A stretch of DNA of 64,000 nucleotides from Oikopleura dioica (GCA_907165135.1 OU015566.1:1550001-1614000); one strand, 5' to 3'. Numbered from the stretch's first letter, positions 24,901-37,691 are shown. The notes: generated by a model not told the origin, from the letters alone. A program made the numbers and translations.

Positions 24901-26667
24901 CCCATTTTTAATTGAAAGCCAGGGAAGGGGGCTGAGACGGCCCTTCGGGCCGTCAATCCCATTTTTAATTGAAAGCCAGGGAAGGGGGCTGAGACGGCCC
25001 TTCGGGCCGTCAATCCCATTTTTAATTGAAAGCCAGGGAAGGGGGCTGAGACGGCCCTTCGGGCCGTCAAGCCCATTTTTAATTGAAAGCCAGGGAAGGG
25101 GGCTGAGACGGCCCTTCGGGCCGTCAAGCCCATTTTTAATTGAAAGCCAGGGAAGGGGGCTGAGACGGCCCTTCGGGCCGTCAAGCCCATTTTTAATTGA
25201 AAGCCAGGGAAGGGGGCTGAGACGGCCCTTCGGGCCGTCAAGCCCATTTTTAATTGAAAGCCAGGGAAGGGGGCTGAGTTTTGAATACTCTCTAGTGCCA
25301 CCAAGATGAATTTTTTTCGAATTTTTGAAGTCAAAATTGAATTTTTGAGGGTTGAAATAGTACTGTTACAAGGTTTTAAAAAGCCAATAATGTTTTAAAA
25401 AAACCTTACTTTTTCGAATTTCGATGACCTCTAGTGACCCCAAGATGAACTTTTTTTGAGTTTCTGACCTCGGAATAAAATTTTTAAGGGTTGAATTAGT
25501 ACTTTCACGTGTAGTTAAACCGCAAATAATGTTCTGAAAAAAACGCATTTTTTCGATCTTTGATGACCTCTGGTGACCCTAAGATGAACTTTTTTCGAAC
25601 TTTTGACCTCGGAATCGAACTTCTAGGTACTAAATTACTATAGTCCCAAAGTTTCATCGAAAAAGGGATACGTTATCGACCACTTATTTTTTTCAGCGGG
25701 TACCTAGTTCGAAATCATATCATTTTCATAATGCGATTGCTCGTTTCTCCGGTACAGCTCAAGTTGTCTCTCCAAATTTCGAATTCGCTCTTCTTGTTCA
25801 CCGATTTTTCTCTGTTGCTCGATCCGCTGGTCGGTCTGATTCTTTACCTACGGAAAAATTACAGTCAAAAAACTGCTTTGAATCCTACCTCATCAAAAAG
25901 CTTGACGATCAGCTTTTCTTCTCGCTCTCGAAATGATGCTTCTTGCTCCCGATAAGCCTCGGCAAAAGCCTTGTCTTGGTTCAGAATTTGTTTGTAGAGA
26001 CCTTCAACTTCTTTTTCTTTCGCAGCAAGTCGATCTTTTGTATGCGCCAGGTCCAGTTCTAGCGCTCGAGAAGAGGTGTTCTCCAGCTTTGATTTTGTCA
26101 TATTTTCTTTAACAGAATTTTTACAATAATCAAATTCTCATTTTTACCTTTTTGGAAATTGAATTCTTCGAGTATTACTTTTTCTGATCTGCCCTCGGGC
26201 GTGTTCGGCCTCGTATTCTCCAAACTGTCTGATTCGTATTCACTGAACAACGCGCGCTCAGAATTATGTCGATAACATTAATTTATTAAAAAGAAAATAA
26301 TCAGAAGAAAATCGATCTTTTTAGCTGACGTACTTGTATTGCAGAATTGGAACATCTGCCAGATTTTCACTTATAGGTTCATCCATAATTAACCGAGGAC
26401 CTGAAAATTATCGTCTTCGGCCAAAGAGGTTCTGTTCTTACTTGTGTTGGTGGAAGAAATGCCACTTTCCCGCTCCATTCTCGTCAAAATCTCGTCCAAA
26501 TCGCCTTCTTCCTGAAATCTCTGAAGCTCTTGATTCGCCGCCAAATCAAGAATTATCCCGTCCGTCATTTTCAACTTGTCTGATTCGCCCTCGGGCGTGT
26601 TATCCTCTGCTCGAGTGCCCATCGAGCGCTCACTTGATATCCTCTCTTCAGCTTTGGACTCGGCCAT
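21984..26667 (-). CDS. Uncharacterised coiled-coil protein; one exon is interrupted by a 2.75-kb TIR element (disrupted allele or new intron)
   Basis: ORFs 26389-26667, 25865-26101, 22520-22822 and 21984-22322 splice into one frame through canonical introns (e.g. 25849-25889, 22253-22402). The frame ...ENDMISN / DSSYESEDLRG... is continuous across the empty insertion site. The C-terminal helix loosely resembles MPHOSPH9/enkurin-type tails (weak). Confidence 0.75.
22260..22377. repeat. Short palindromic dispersed repeat, copy 4, filling most of a 150-nt intron
   Basis: GAAACCTGAGTCAGGGTCC / GGACCCTGACTAAGGTTTC (1 mismatch in 19) inside intron 22253-22402. Confidence 0.75.
22952..25706. mobile_element. 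2755-bp non-autonomous DNA transposon with 15-bp TIRs and 9-bp TSD (Mutator/Merlin-like TSD length)
   Basis: TSD GTTCGAAAT at 22943-22951 and 25707-25715; perfect TIRs TAGGTACCCGCTGAA / TTCAGCGGGTACCTA. Three ~140-bp subterminal repeats at ~25280-25630, with a partial inverted copy near 23385. No transposase ORF. Confidence 0.9.
23575..25278. repeat. 57-bp minisatellite, ~30 units, each with an 8-bp-stem hairpin
   Basis: Unit TTTTTAATTGAAAGCCAGGGAAGGGGGCTGAGACGGCCCTTCGGGCCGTCAAGCCCA; hairpin GACGGCCC-TTC-GGGCCGTC; few variants (AAG/AAT, single-G indels). Confidence 0.98.
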
Positions 26668-27713
26668 TTTTTTTCTCTCTCTCCTTTTTTCGACAAAAAG
26701 TAATGTTCAGCTGCCCGCGCGCTCGAGGGCGAGTTTGATGGGTCTCAGGGGAGGAGAAAGACGATTATGCGCGATGAGCTTGTTTTTGAGATGGTCTGAA
26801 GATAATTTTTAGTTGAAGACTTTTTTGTCTAAACTTAGGCAAAGGATGCATATCTTTAAAATGTTAGTGTAAATTCATGATAGTAAATCATTGATATTCA
26901 TCAGAACGAAGCTTCCTAAGATTCTAGTAAATTATCGCTTCAAGTAATCGACCGCTTTATATTTTATCAGATTCTGAACAATCTGAGGACTTCTGGAAAT
27001 GGCGCTCTTCTGCCCACATTGAGGGCCCCTCAGTAAAAAGGCGAAACCAATCAACAATATAGCCTTAGTTATGTAAACGAATAAAATTATCCTTTTTGAT
27101 TTGTGAGAGTTGGGTTGCCCTATAAATTGATGAAAACATAAAATGAAGCTTGAAAATGTTCTATTTTTGTGATAATCTCAAAATTTATCATCATTTTCGT
27201 CCATCCAAAAATTTGAACAATATAAAGTTACCTTTAAATAATTATTCTTTCTCTTTTACCAAGAAAATTTGTCTCTGCCGGTACGTTTTGTCGCAGCGAT
27301 CAAAATGGAAATATTTTGACAGTGCCTTCACATAAGCATCGATAATGCGCTTGATAAATAATGCACGGATGGGAAAAATTATGTCTACATTATAAATGCA
27401 AAATCAAGCTGGCGGATAATTTGTGAAAAGTAAATAAGGCCTGTCGCATCATACCGTGACGAATGTCTCACTGCGGGTCATCAAATGCATTTGATTACAA
27501 GGAAGACAAATATAGGCGCTTATCATTTTATTTCCATAGCTTTGCTACTATCAGTCAGATCAAAATAGTTTGTCTTTTCGCACTTCATACATAGCAAAAG
27601 CAGTTTAACAAAATGAAAACTGGCGGTCACTTAGAGTGCCGCTCGGTGAAAAATGAAAGAAAATATATAAATAAAGAGTGAACTTTTTGAAGAATTCAGG
27701 GTTTCGGATTTGT

Positions 27714-30700
27714 CTAGAAGAGGAGGAATGAAGCGAAGAGGGCTAGAAGTGTGGTGAAAACTCCTGTTGCTGCGGCCGCACTTGTTGTTGATGTTGAGTG
27801 GGTTGTCGATGGTGGAGCAGTTGGGTTGACGCAGTTGTCTTCGCCTGAATTTGTGGTCCAGAGAATGCTGGAAAAATGTAACTTTACCTTCAAGGCAAGG
27901 TCTTTGGTGACCCTCGTTGCAGTTTTCTTCGGAGCAAGTCTGCTTGCAAGTTCCATATCGTCGACCTTGAGAGTCAATATCGTCGAGCTCGTAGCAAGTT
28001 GGATTGCCAAACATCTCTTTCACGATGAATGGGGAGCAACCCTTGTAGATTGACTCGATGATAGTTCCATCTGCGTTCTAGAAAAATTTTCATAAATTGG
28101 AAGATAATTCTTTTTTCTTACGTAATGAGCTTCTGTTCCAGTGTAGCAGCTAGCGCAGGCGTAACATGGACATTCAATCGTATCCACAGGTGTTTCTCCG
28201 CAGCTTGGGAGGCCGTTGACGGTTCCGTCTTCGTACTCGTTGTAGTTGCAAGCGTAGCAGCTGTGGATGTGCTCGTCCTGGTCGTCCTCGAATTTTTCGG
28301 CGACGGGCGTCATCTGTGCGTTTCCGAAGCTGTTTTCGTAAGAGATCTGGCAATCCTTGAAGTAAGTTTGACCATTGGCACCAGTGAAGTCGAAGCACTC
28401 TTCTGTTGCCTTCGATCGGGAGCAGCCTCGTTTGAATCGGAACTGGTGGACGCCATTCGAGTACCAATCGGTTTCGATTTCAGACATGCAGAAAGGCTGT
28501 TCATTGTCGCAGACTTGAATGGCAAGTCCAGTTGGATCGTCGGAGAGACATCCGGGATCACCGAGACCGATAGTGTTGTTAAACTGGTCGACAGTGACGT
28601 CGCACTGGTAGCAGCTGATAACATCACATCCTTCATCATATCCGGGAATGCAGGGTCGCTTGTGCTCTTCGTTGCAGTTTGTGCCCTTGCATGTCTCTTT
28701 GCAGACGCCAAGAAGTCGTTGTTCGTCGGCAGGATCGTTGATGGCACCGCATTCTTGGCCGAGGAACTTGTCGTTGAGCACGAATGAGGAGCAGCCCTTG
28801 TGAACTTGTTCTCGGTAGATATCGCCGGAGTCCTAAAAGAAAAATAAGCCGTGTTAAAATTTATCTTAACTTACAAAATGAGCGTTGGTTCCAGTGAAGC
28901 AGCCTCTATTGGCATAAAGAGGGCAGGCTTTATCAGCATTGCCGATAAGCGCAGGTTCATCACCACATTTACTGTTTCCAGAAGTATCTCCATTGTCTTG
29001 CTCGATGAAATCGCATGTGTAGCAAGAGTCTTGAATGTGCGCTGGGTCAGCGGCGTCCTAAAAGAAAGTTCTAGAAAATATATCCTAGACCTTCTTTACC
29101 TGGTATTTGAGAGCAGCGTCAGTCATTTCCTTATTGCAACCATTGCCCTCGCAGTCGCTGAAGCAATCTTTGAAGAAGTATTGACCGTTACCGGTGACAG
29201 AGTCCACGCATTCTTCAGCAACTTTCTCAGCAGCACAGCTTCGCTTGACTTTGTAGTATTGCTCACCTAAGATCTGTTAGAAATTGATATTTTGATGAAA
29301 ATAACCTGTAATAAGCCAGTCAACAGCGATTTCAACCGAGCAAACTTGAGCATCCAGAGGACATGGGAGAAGGTAAGTGTCACTTGGAGTGTCAGTGAAG
29401 CAATTAGCATCACCGATACCGATGGTCTTGTTGCTAGAATCGACAGTAGTTGTGCACTGGTAGCAGGAAATCGATCGCTCGGGAGTTCTCGAGTTGCATC
29501 CATCAGTGTTGCAGGTCTCTTTGCAGGTCTGGTATTTGTCGGTTCCGAATTCCCAATCGTAGCAGGGGATGTTTCTGTTGTCAAAAGTAGAGCAGCCTTT
29601 GTAATCTTCTTCGAGTTCATTAAGACCCTCGGTGTGCCAAGAAGCAGCAGTGAAGCAAGCGGCATTCGCGTAAACTGGGCACTCAACAATAAAGCCTTCG
29701 TTTGAAACATCTGGCTTTTGGCATTCCTCTCGAGATCCACCGACAATTGCCCCGAACTGATCCTTAGCGTATGTGCAAGAGTGACACTCGAGCGTTTCAC
29801 CGTTTCTCGCATCAAAGAGAGACATGACGTAATCAGACTCATCACGATCATTACATTGCTGTCCAGCGCAGTAAGACATGCAATCCTTCCACTGCATCAT
29901 GCTTGTCTCTCCGACAGTGCATTCTTGTGGTGGTGGTGCAGCTTTTGGAGCGCATCGTCGGTCCATTCGGACAAGCTGCTCACCCTTGAGGTACCAATCA
30001 ACAAGCATTTCGGTTCGGCACTGTCCGGACTCGCACTCGACGAGCATATCGGCTCGTGGATTGTTAAAGCAAGCTTTGTCGCCCTGGCCGTAAACATTTC
30101 CAAGATGATCAAGAGTGACCATGCATTCGTAGCATTTGAAGCTGTTATCTGGCTCTGTTGGTGGAGCATGGATGGAGTCAAGGTTGCAATTGGCAGAAGA
30201 GCAGGTTTCTTTGACAGCGTTGAAATTGTCGCCACCAGGGAGAGCGCCGGACATGTATTCAGGGTTGTTATCATCATCAAGTCTAAAGGAAGAGCAACCC
30301 TTCCAGACTTCTTCCAAGTTTTCGCCATTGTAAGCATGGCTGTAGCTACCAGTGTAGCAGGCAGATCGAGCATATCTGGGGCAGCTTCCCTTGAGAGAAG
30401 AGCTTGGCTCCCAGCAGTTTCTGTTTCCGGAAACAGTCCCATCTTCATTTTCAAGGTATTTGCATTGGATGCACTCGTCGATATCGGCGTAGTCTTCCTC
30501 GTCGTCGAAAAGAGAGCCAATGGACTCAAGATCGTTGTTACAACCTTCTTCCTGGCATTGAGTGAAGCAGTCCTTGTATCGGAATCCGGAGGTTTGAGAT
30601 GCACCAGTGATGCATGGTTGGTTGGTATTGGTAGGAGCAGGGACACATTTTCGTCGAATCGTCGTTTGTTGATCTCCTCGAGCGAACCAGTCGACAAGAA

Positions 30701-33700
30701 TCTCAGTCTCGCAGGTGTCGGATCCGGTGGGACACTCAGTCAGAGAAAGTCTATCTGCGTTGTCGAAGCAATTAGGGTTGCTATTTCCAATGAGATTTCC
30801 TTGAGCATCAATAGTAGCAGAACACTCAACGCATCTGTGCTTAGTGCTGAGTTGTTTGGTGTTACAGTTGCTCGAGCCACAAGTGTTCTTGCAGTTGGTA
30901 TGGTCAAGTCCGGAAACACTGGTGCTAACACACTCATCTCTGTTGGTATTGAGTGGGAATGGAGAACATCCACGGAAGTCCTCTTCGATTTCTTCACCGT
31001 TACCAGAATATGATTTGTGGAAAGAAGCAGCACTGTAGCAAGCAGCATCGGAGTATTTGGGGCAGACCCTTGATGGAACTGCGGATGGGTTGCTTCCACA
31101 GTCTTGGTTACCATTGACGGTTCCTTCATCTGATTGAGTGTAGGCGCATTGTCTGCACATAGCAACATTTCCAGTTGTGAACTGATCCTCGATTTCTTTA
31201 ATTCCGCTGTTGCAGCCGGCGTTTTCAGTTGGATCACACACGGAAGAGCAATCTTTGTACTGAATCAACTGGGTAGATCCGGTGTAGCAAGGAGGAGCGG
31301 TCTTTTGAGTAGTGCAGCCTCGGATCATTCGGTAAGTCATTTCACCCTTTGCGAGCCAGTCGATTTCAAGATCGGCCTTGCAGAAGTTCCCCTCGGGACA
31401 CATCTGGAGGAACTGAACATCTCCTTCAAAACAGGCAGTATTGCCAGATCCGAGAACTTCTCCTTCCTGGTCAAGAGTTACAGAGCAAACTTGACAGAAA
31501 CTTCCATCGATGGGACCTGGGTTCTCGCCGATGGGATCGGGAACGATGTGTTTGTCGTTACAGTCATTGCTGTTACATGTTGTCTTTGAAAGGGAGTATC
31601 CAACGCCGTCGATGATTGAGGTGACTTTTTCATCCTCTTCAAGGACGAAAGCGGAGCAGCCCTTGTAGGTCTCTTGCTTGAGAACGTTATTGTAGTTGTG
31701 GTTGGCGCTTCCAGTGAAGCAAGCGTTAGACATGTAGTTTGGACAGTCAGAAGAGTCTTTCCATGTATCATCAAGGCATTCCCTATTTCCATTAACAGTT
31801 CCATCATCGAACTCAGTGTACTTGCAAGTAAGACACTTATCAACCTGTCCACCATTGTACAAGTCACCGACTGAGAGGTCATTGTTACAGCCACTTCCCT
31901 CGCATTGAGCGATGCAATCTTTGTATTTCAAGAATTGTGAGTTTCCAGAAATACACTGGCCATTATTGTTGTCAAGTTGGGCTGGGCCACAAGATCGTCG
32001 AATCTGAGCAAGCTGGTTTCCATTTGGCGCCCAATCGATGATCATCTCATCTTGGCAGACACCGGGACAGGCTGTAAGGGTGTTATCGGTGAGTTTGTCG
32101 AAGCAAGAAGGATCGGAAGCACCAAGAAGCTCACCAGTATGGTCCATGGTAGCAGTACAGACGTGACACATGTTGTCTTTGTTGAGTGTGAGCTCGTCGG
32201 TGTTGCAGTTGTTGCTGGTGCAGGAGTTCTTACAAGTAGTGAAAGAAGTTCCACCGCTGAAAAACTCATAGCAGGAATCATTGTTTGTGTATTCAAATGG
32301 AGCGCAGCTTCTGTGTTCATCTTGAGCAATCCCGGTTGAAACCTCATGTCGGCCAGCAGCGTGAATGCAAGCAGCATTTGCATATCGAGGGCATGTCAGA
32401 GTTGGAACATTGCTTGATCCATCAATACCTTCGCCGCAATTGGGAAGTCCATTGCCATAACCACTATCATCAACGATGTACTCGCAGGTGTAGCAAGAAT
32501 CAACAGCGCCGACATCGTACTTATCAGAAACGGATTCAAGGTCAACATTACATCCGGATCCCATGACAGATGGATCGCAGAGGGCGGTGCAGTCTTTGTA
32601 CTGAATGTAAGAAGATGATCCAGTAAAGCACTGAGTTTCAGTTTTTTGAGTTGTGCACTTTCGATCCATAGTGTAAATCATTCGACCCTTTGGATCCCAA
32701 TCAGACAGAAGCTCGGTTGCGCACATGTCGTCTTTGTTGGGACAGGTCTGTGCGTAGCCACGGCCATCAGCGAAACAACCCCGGTCGCCAAGACCAAGAG
32801 TCTTGTTTGCACTGTCGACGGTTTCAGAACATTGCTGACAAATCGCCCAATTACCAGAAATAGGCATCGGTGGATCAGTGACTTGCTCGTTGTTGCAGTC
32901 TCGACCACCGTTGCAGGTATTTTTACAGTAGCCTTCGAAGCTGTTTGGAATTTGGTCACATTTTGGCGCGGTTGGTGATCCTGTATCGATCGCGAAAGTC
33001 GAGCAGCCTCGAGTGGATTTTTTCAGAAGAACTCCAGTAGCGTCGTTGAGACTTGTGTAAGAAGCAGTGAAGCAGCTTGCCGAAGCGTAAAGTGGACAAG
33101 CGACGCTGTCGACTTTGTTGGTGTTGTCAGGACAGCTCGGGTTACCATTGACAGAGCTAGAGGTCTCCTCGTAGTCGCAACTTTTGCAGCTTTGCTGAAT
33201 AAAGTCTTTCTGATCTTCAGACTGAGGGAAAAGAGCAGCGACGCCCATGCCAGTATTGCAGTCATCGCCATCGACGTCGGGATCGCAGTTCTCATAGCAA
33301 TCCTTGATCTGGTAGGCGACACCACCAATTGAGCCCTGGAGGACGCATCCGTCCTGAACAAGATCTTTCTTGACGCAGCCTCGTCGGATGGTGTAAAATG
33401 GTTCGCCGTTCCATGGCCAGTCGACTTCCATGTCAGTCTGACAGACGTAGTCACCGTCGGCGGGGCACTCCTCGGACATGGCATCATCAGCATCGTCCCA
33501 GCATCGGATGTCGCCAGAGAGGGTATTGTTGAATTGGTCGACGGAAACGGAGCAGGTCTTGCAGCTGTTTCTCTTGGTGATGATCTTGACGTTGCAGTTG
33601 TTGGTCTTGCAGGTCGATTTACACTCGCTGTAAGCGCCGCTATCAGTGACACCGGATTCGCACTCTTGGATGATATCGTCAGTTGCTCCCTCAGCAAGAT

Positions 33701-34364
33701 CGAATCCAGAGCAGCCACGATGATCTTCTTCAAGGTAGTAATCATTTCCTTGCTGTTGCTCGTAAACCCATTCGTGTGCATTAAAGCAAGCTCGGTTAAG
33801 GTATTCTGGGCACTGTCGAGATTCGATTCCAGGATCTTCAGGATTCTCGTAGCAATTTTCGTTGCCGACGACATTCCCGTCACTGAGCTTGACATAGCTG
33901 CATTTTCTACAGGAAAGGTCGGGTTTTGCATCAATTAGGAGGTCAGGAAGCATGTCAGTGTACATCTCAGCGCCGTTGCAGTGGTTGTTATTGATGGTAG
34001 GGTCGCATCGGCGAAGACAACTTCGGTAGAGAATAGGAGGGTGGGGAACGATGTTGTCATTTCCTCGGCAAACGGTGAAGTCATCGGCTTGGGGGTACTG
34101 GATATCGTTCTGAGGAACGCACTCTCGCTGGAAAGTAACCAGCTGCTTTCCATTGAGTCCCCAATCGTATGAGACGCTCATTCCACACTTATCGTTTACA
34201 TTTTGGCATTGCTTTTGGTAGTCTTGGCTTGGATTGTCGATGCAGTCAAGATCTTCAAGGGGCAGGGGTTCCCCCATGTGATCCAAACGCGTTCTGCATT
34301 GATAGCAGGATAATGCGTTTGACACAGTGGCCAGCGAGGACCAAAGTGCCAAATTTAGACGCAT
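27714..34364 (-). CDS. Giant (~2,100 aa) GPI-anchored protein of 18 tandem Ly6/uPAR-like Cys-rich domains (9 A/B pairs)
   Basis: Signal peptide MRLNLALWSSLATVSNA. Repeats start CxxC and end C-x(3-8)-CN as LU/three-finger domains do. A 1695-aa first coding exon plus 4 short exons, then a Thr/Ser stalk and hydrophobic tail (AAAATGVFTTLLALFASFLLF*). Confidence 0.88.
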
Positions 34365-34499
34365 CTGAAAAGTATTTTATGATTTTGAAAAATTCCAAGA
34401 AAAAAAATCAGCAAAGATTTCAGAAAATCTTTTACTAAATTTCGATCTCTTTTACTTACCTCGGTTTGAAGATTTGTGCCGGCATTCTCCGTCCGGTTG

Positions 34500-34507
34500 T
34501 ATTTATA
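34500..34507 (-). promoter_or_regulatory. Candidate TATA box of the LU-repeat gene
   Basis: TATAAATA on the minus strand ~40 nt upstream of a GTAAGT donor that splices to the acceptor directly before the ATG. Confidence 0.35.
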
Positions 34508-35731
34508 CCGCCGTACTAGTTCCATAAAGTAAAGGGCATCCGGTGCTATCGAAAGCAAAAAGTCGCGAAAACGAAATTCCGGTTCAAATATCAAACTTGC
34601 GCCAGCGCTGCAGCGATAAGTTTTACAAGTCGATAGCATCTTCTATCGCGTGAATAGACAGCTAAAATACGAAAATACAGTGGATAAGAATCGCCAGGAA
34701 TGAGCTAGAATGGAACGCTGCCCTACATCGTAAGATTGCGAGATTTTCTTAGGAGAATTTGAAACTTTCTGAATGGAGACGTCATTCTAGAACAAAAAAG
34801 GAAGAATAACCATAAGAAAATCGGGTTAAACCAATTTATGAATGGAGGGTTTTGATTGGCCGACAGGCCAAATTTAGCAATCTCATTGGTCATCAAATAA
34901 TGTACTTCCATAAATTGGTTGAGTCAAGTAAATGCGATATTTTGTCTTTCTGGCTGAATAATGCATCCGATTTCAAAATTTCGGCCGAAAATTCATTAGG
35001 AAAATTTTATATTCAAAAGTGTAATGGAATCTTATATCGCGTGGAAGGTCTTTTATGCTTCGGTTGACTGCTTTCCATCCACTTTGTTAAGAAAATATAA
35101 AGTTACCCTACGAGCCGTGCTGATTACCTTCCACAAAAAGCGCATCGAGAGAAAAAAACTTCAAGGTAATAAATTTAAAATTTGTTAATTCCGATATCTC
35201 TATCTTCTATCAAATCGCCTAGATAATCAAAAGTAAACCTGCAGAGTCTTGCACTTTGCCATTTGCATCTTTTGAGACAGGGCTCAATAAAAATGAAACG
35301 CAATAAAAATGGTTTGCAGCTTTGAAAAATCATAAAAATCCAACCTTTTTCGGAAAAAATTCTTGAAATTTTTAGCAAGAGAAAATTGTCTTTTCGTGAA
35401 AGAAGGCCTTTATTGAAGGTAAATTCTAAAAGACAAAAATGATTTGATTTTGAAACGCAAAAGATTATTATATTGTCTTTTGAGTGTAGTATTTTCCGTT
35501 CTCAAGTCCGCGCTCAGCGGGAGAAGGTCTCTCCTTCTTGTCTTTTTGATTTGGCGAGAATAATCCTTTTTGGTTCAGCCCCAATTTCGGCTTATTATTT
35601 GTGACATCTTCGGCGGCTGAATTTCCTCCACGCTTGTTAAATAATTTCAATTTTCAGAAAATTCAAAAACTCAGAAAAAAAATTTAACAAAAAAACTTCA
35701 AAAAGAAGACTAAACAAAAAATTCCAGCAAG

Positions 35732-37350
35732 ATGAGTTTTGAAGTTCTCGCTGGAATATCAGAGAAGCTTCTGAAATATTCGACTCCGTTTGGCCATATG
35801 TGGTGAGAAAGTAACATTAAAATGAATCGAATTTTGAGAGAAACCCTATCCCCAACCATAACCCTAACCCTAAGGAACGCATTGACATTTCTTTGCCGGC
35901 TTCTGCCCGCTACAACGATAGGAGACAACGTCTACGGGGATGAAATGTCCGATTTCGACTGCGTCACCACCCAACCAGGCTGTCCCCAAATGTGCTACAA
36001 CCTGTTCGCCCCGATGAGTCACGTGCGCTACTGGAGTCTTCATGTAAGAGAAATCCAAGATCAGCGAAAGTGAGAAAATGGTTTAGATTTTATTCCTCAG
36101 TTTCCCGCCACTTATCTTCAGCTTTATTGTTGCTAACCACTCTGCCACTTATGCTGCAATTAAGGTATCAACATATTTCCTGACAGCGCAATTTTGAACC
36201 CCTTTTACAACACTCATCAACTAAGCGCTGTTTTCCAGTAGATTTTCGTCCCGAATTTACTCGATTATAGGAAGTAGGGGGCAGGGTTTGAAAAGTCACA
36301 AATTTTGGCTGAGCCTGAGCACGATTGAGCAGCCCCGTGCTCAAATTTGCTCATGCTCAGTGCTCTGAGCATGCTCATGCTCAGACTTTTCAAACCCTGG
36401 TAGGGGGTCAAAGTCGGGCAGCTCCTTACCCTTACCCAGGGGGCTAAGCCCCCCCAGGACCCTCCTTAAGTTAAACAAGGGGGCGACGCCCCCGGGACTC
36501 CCCCGTTAACCCTAATCCGGGGGAGGGGGGGGGGGGGGTTCGAAACTGAAATAGCACTTTGAGGGCCACCCCTTATTTACTTTATAGGTCAACCTAGGGT
36601 AGGTATAGGTCAACCTAATTTCTTCGAATTAAGAGTCGCTATGACGATAAAAAGAACAACTCCGACTACACCGGCTCAGAACAATATACGTATGTTGTCA
36701 TCCATCCTCAAGCATGATGTTGTTTTTTCTTGTTTAGGAAAGACTTTGCATATCTGAACAAAATGAAAAAGAAAACTCGAAAGGATCTTGTTGAAGAAAC
36801 CACGGTCGAGGTTGTTTGGTCCCCAAGTTTGCGCCGTTGGTACGTTATTCAGGTAAGAAATCAAGGCCAGAACATGATGAGAGGTCTGATTTTAGTCATT
36901 TGCGAAGATGCTGTTGGAGATTTTCGGCCTCGTCGGGTTGTATTATCTTCAAGTTCAACAGACAAAGACGGTGAGTTTTTTCATTCTTGAAATTCTGAAA
37001 AAATCTTTTGAAAAAAAATTTGTTTTCAGACGAATTTGCTGAAAGTTTGGGTCGTTCCTCAGCGATATTTGTGTACGTTCGGCGCTGACGTTCAAAACTA
37101 CGCGTGTTCGCAGGACAAAGAGGTGCCCTGTTGGGTGTCTCGGCCTTGGGAGAAGACCATCTTTTTGCTCTACATGCTGAGCATGGGATTGGTTGCTATT
37201 ATCGTCATCATGGTGCGCTCCTTCTCTTCTTTTTTTTATTGAAATATCTTTTTTAAGCTGGACTTGGGATACACCTTGAATAAAATCACGACCAAGCGGC
37301 TTCGAAGAAGAAAACAGAGAAAAGCTCTTTTGGAAGCGGCGACTGAATAA
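35732..37350 (+). CDS. Connexin (gap junction protein), multi-exon
   Basis: YSTPFGHMW; extracellular loop 1 DEMSDFDCVTTQPGCPQMCYNLFAPMSHVRYWSLH; loop 2 YLC...C...CWVSRPWEKTIFLLYM; four TM segments; stop at 37348-37350. Confidence 0.95.
36282..36399. mobile_element. 118-bp hAT-type MITE in a connexin intron
   Basis: 16-bp perfect TIR CAGGGTTTGAAAAGTC / GACTTTTCAAACCCTG; 8-bp TSD GTAGGGGG at 36274-36281 and 36400-36407. Confidence 0.88.
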
Positions 37351-37691
37351 GACCAAAAATGCAATCGAAAAAATCATCATTCCTGTTGTTTTACTTTGCT
37401 TTACTGCCTTGTTACTAAATTGAAAAATCATGAATTAAATCTGAACTCGCCCGAGTGGATTTTTCGCCACAGCTGTCTTTTGACAAATTTTGTTAATTTT
37501 TTAAAACATTTTTAATATGAATAAGAACTTCTTGTTTAGAACTGAAAAGAAAACATTTCTTAACCGGAAATGAGTGGGCACATGGGTACATTGTACAATG
37601 TACAATAATTACCAATGAATAAGCCTAACTAATCGGCTCATTACTGAAATCTCTCGCCCTTGAATCCTTCTTCCGAAAAACCGATCTTGAA

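Noticed and set aside
23575-25278. CRISPR-like appearance (palindromic repeats at regular spacing)
   Set aside because: Units are contiguous with no unique spacers, there are no cas genes, and the context is eukaryotic.
23484-25334. Long repetitive ORFs on both strands (MGLTARRAVSAPFPGFQLK etc.)
   Set aside because: These are by-products of a 57-bp (19-codon) tandem unit with stop-free frames. Single-base indels in the array break them, and they lie inside a TIR element.
28125-34172. Numerous plus-strand and alternate-frame ORFs over the LU-repeat gene
   Set aside because: Shadow ORFs from codon bias of the long minus-strand CDS; no domains or independent splice structure.
35175-35650. Short minus-strand ORFs upstream of the connexin
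   Set aside because: No ATG-initiated, splice-consistent model or recognisable domain.
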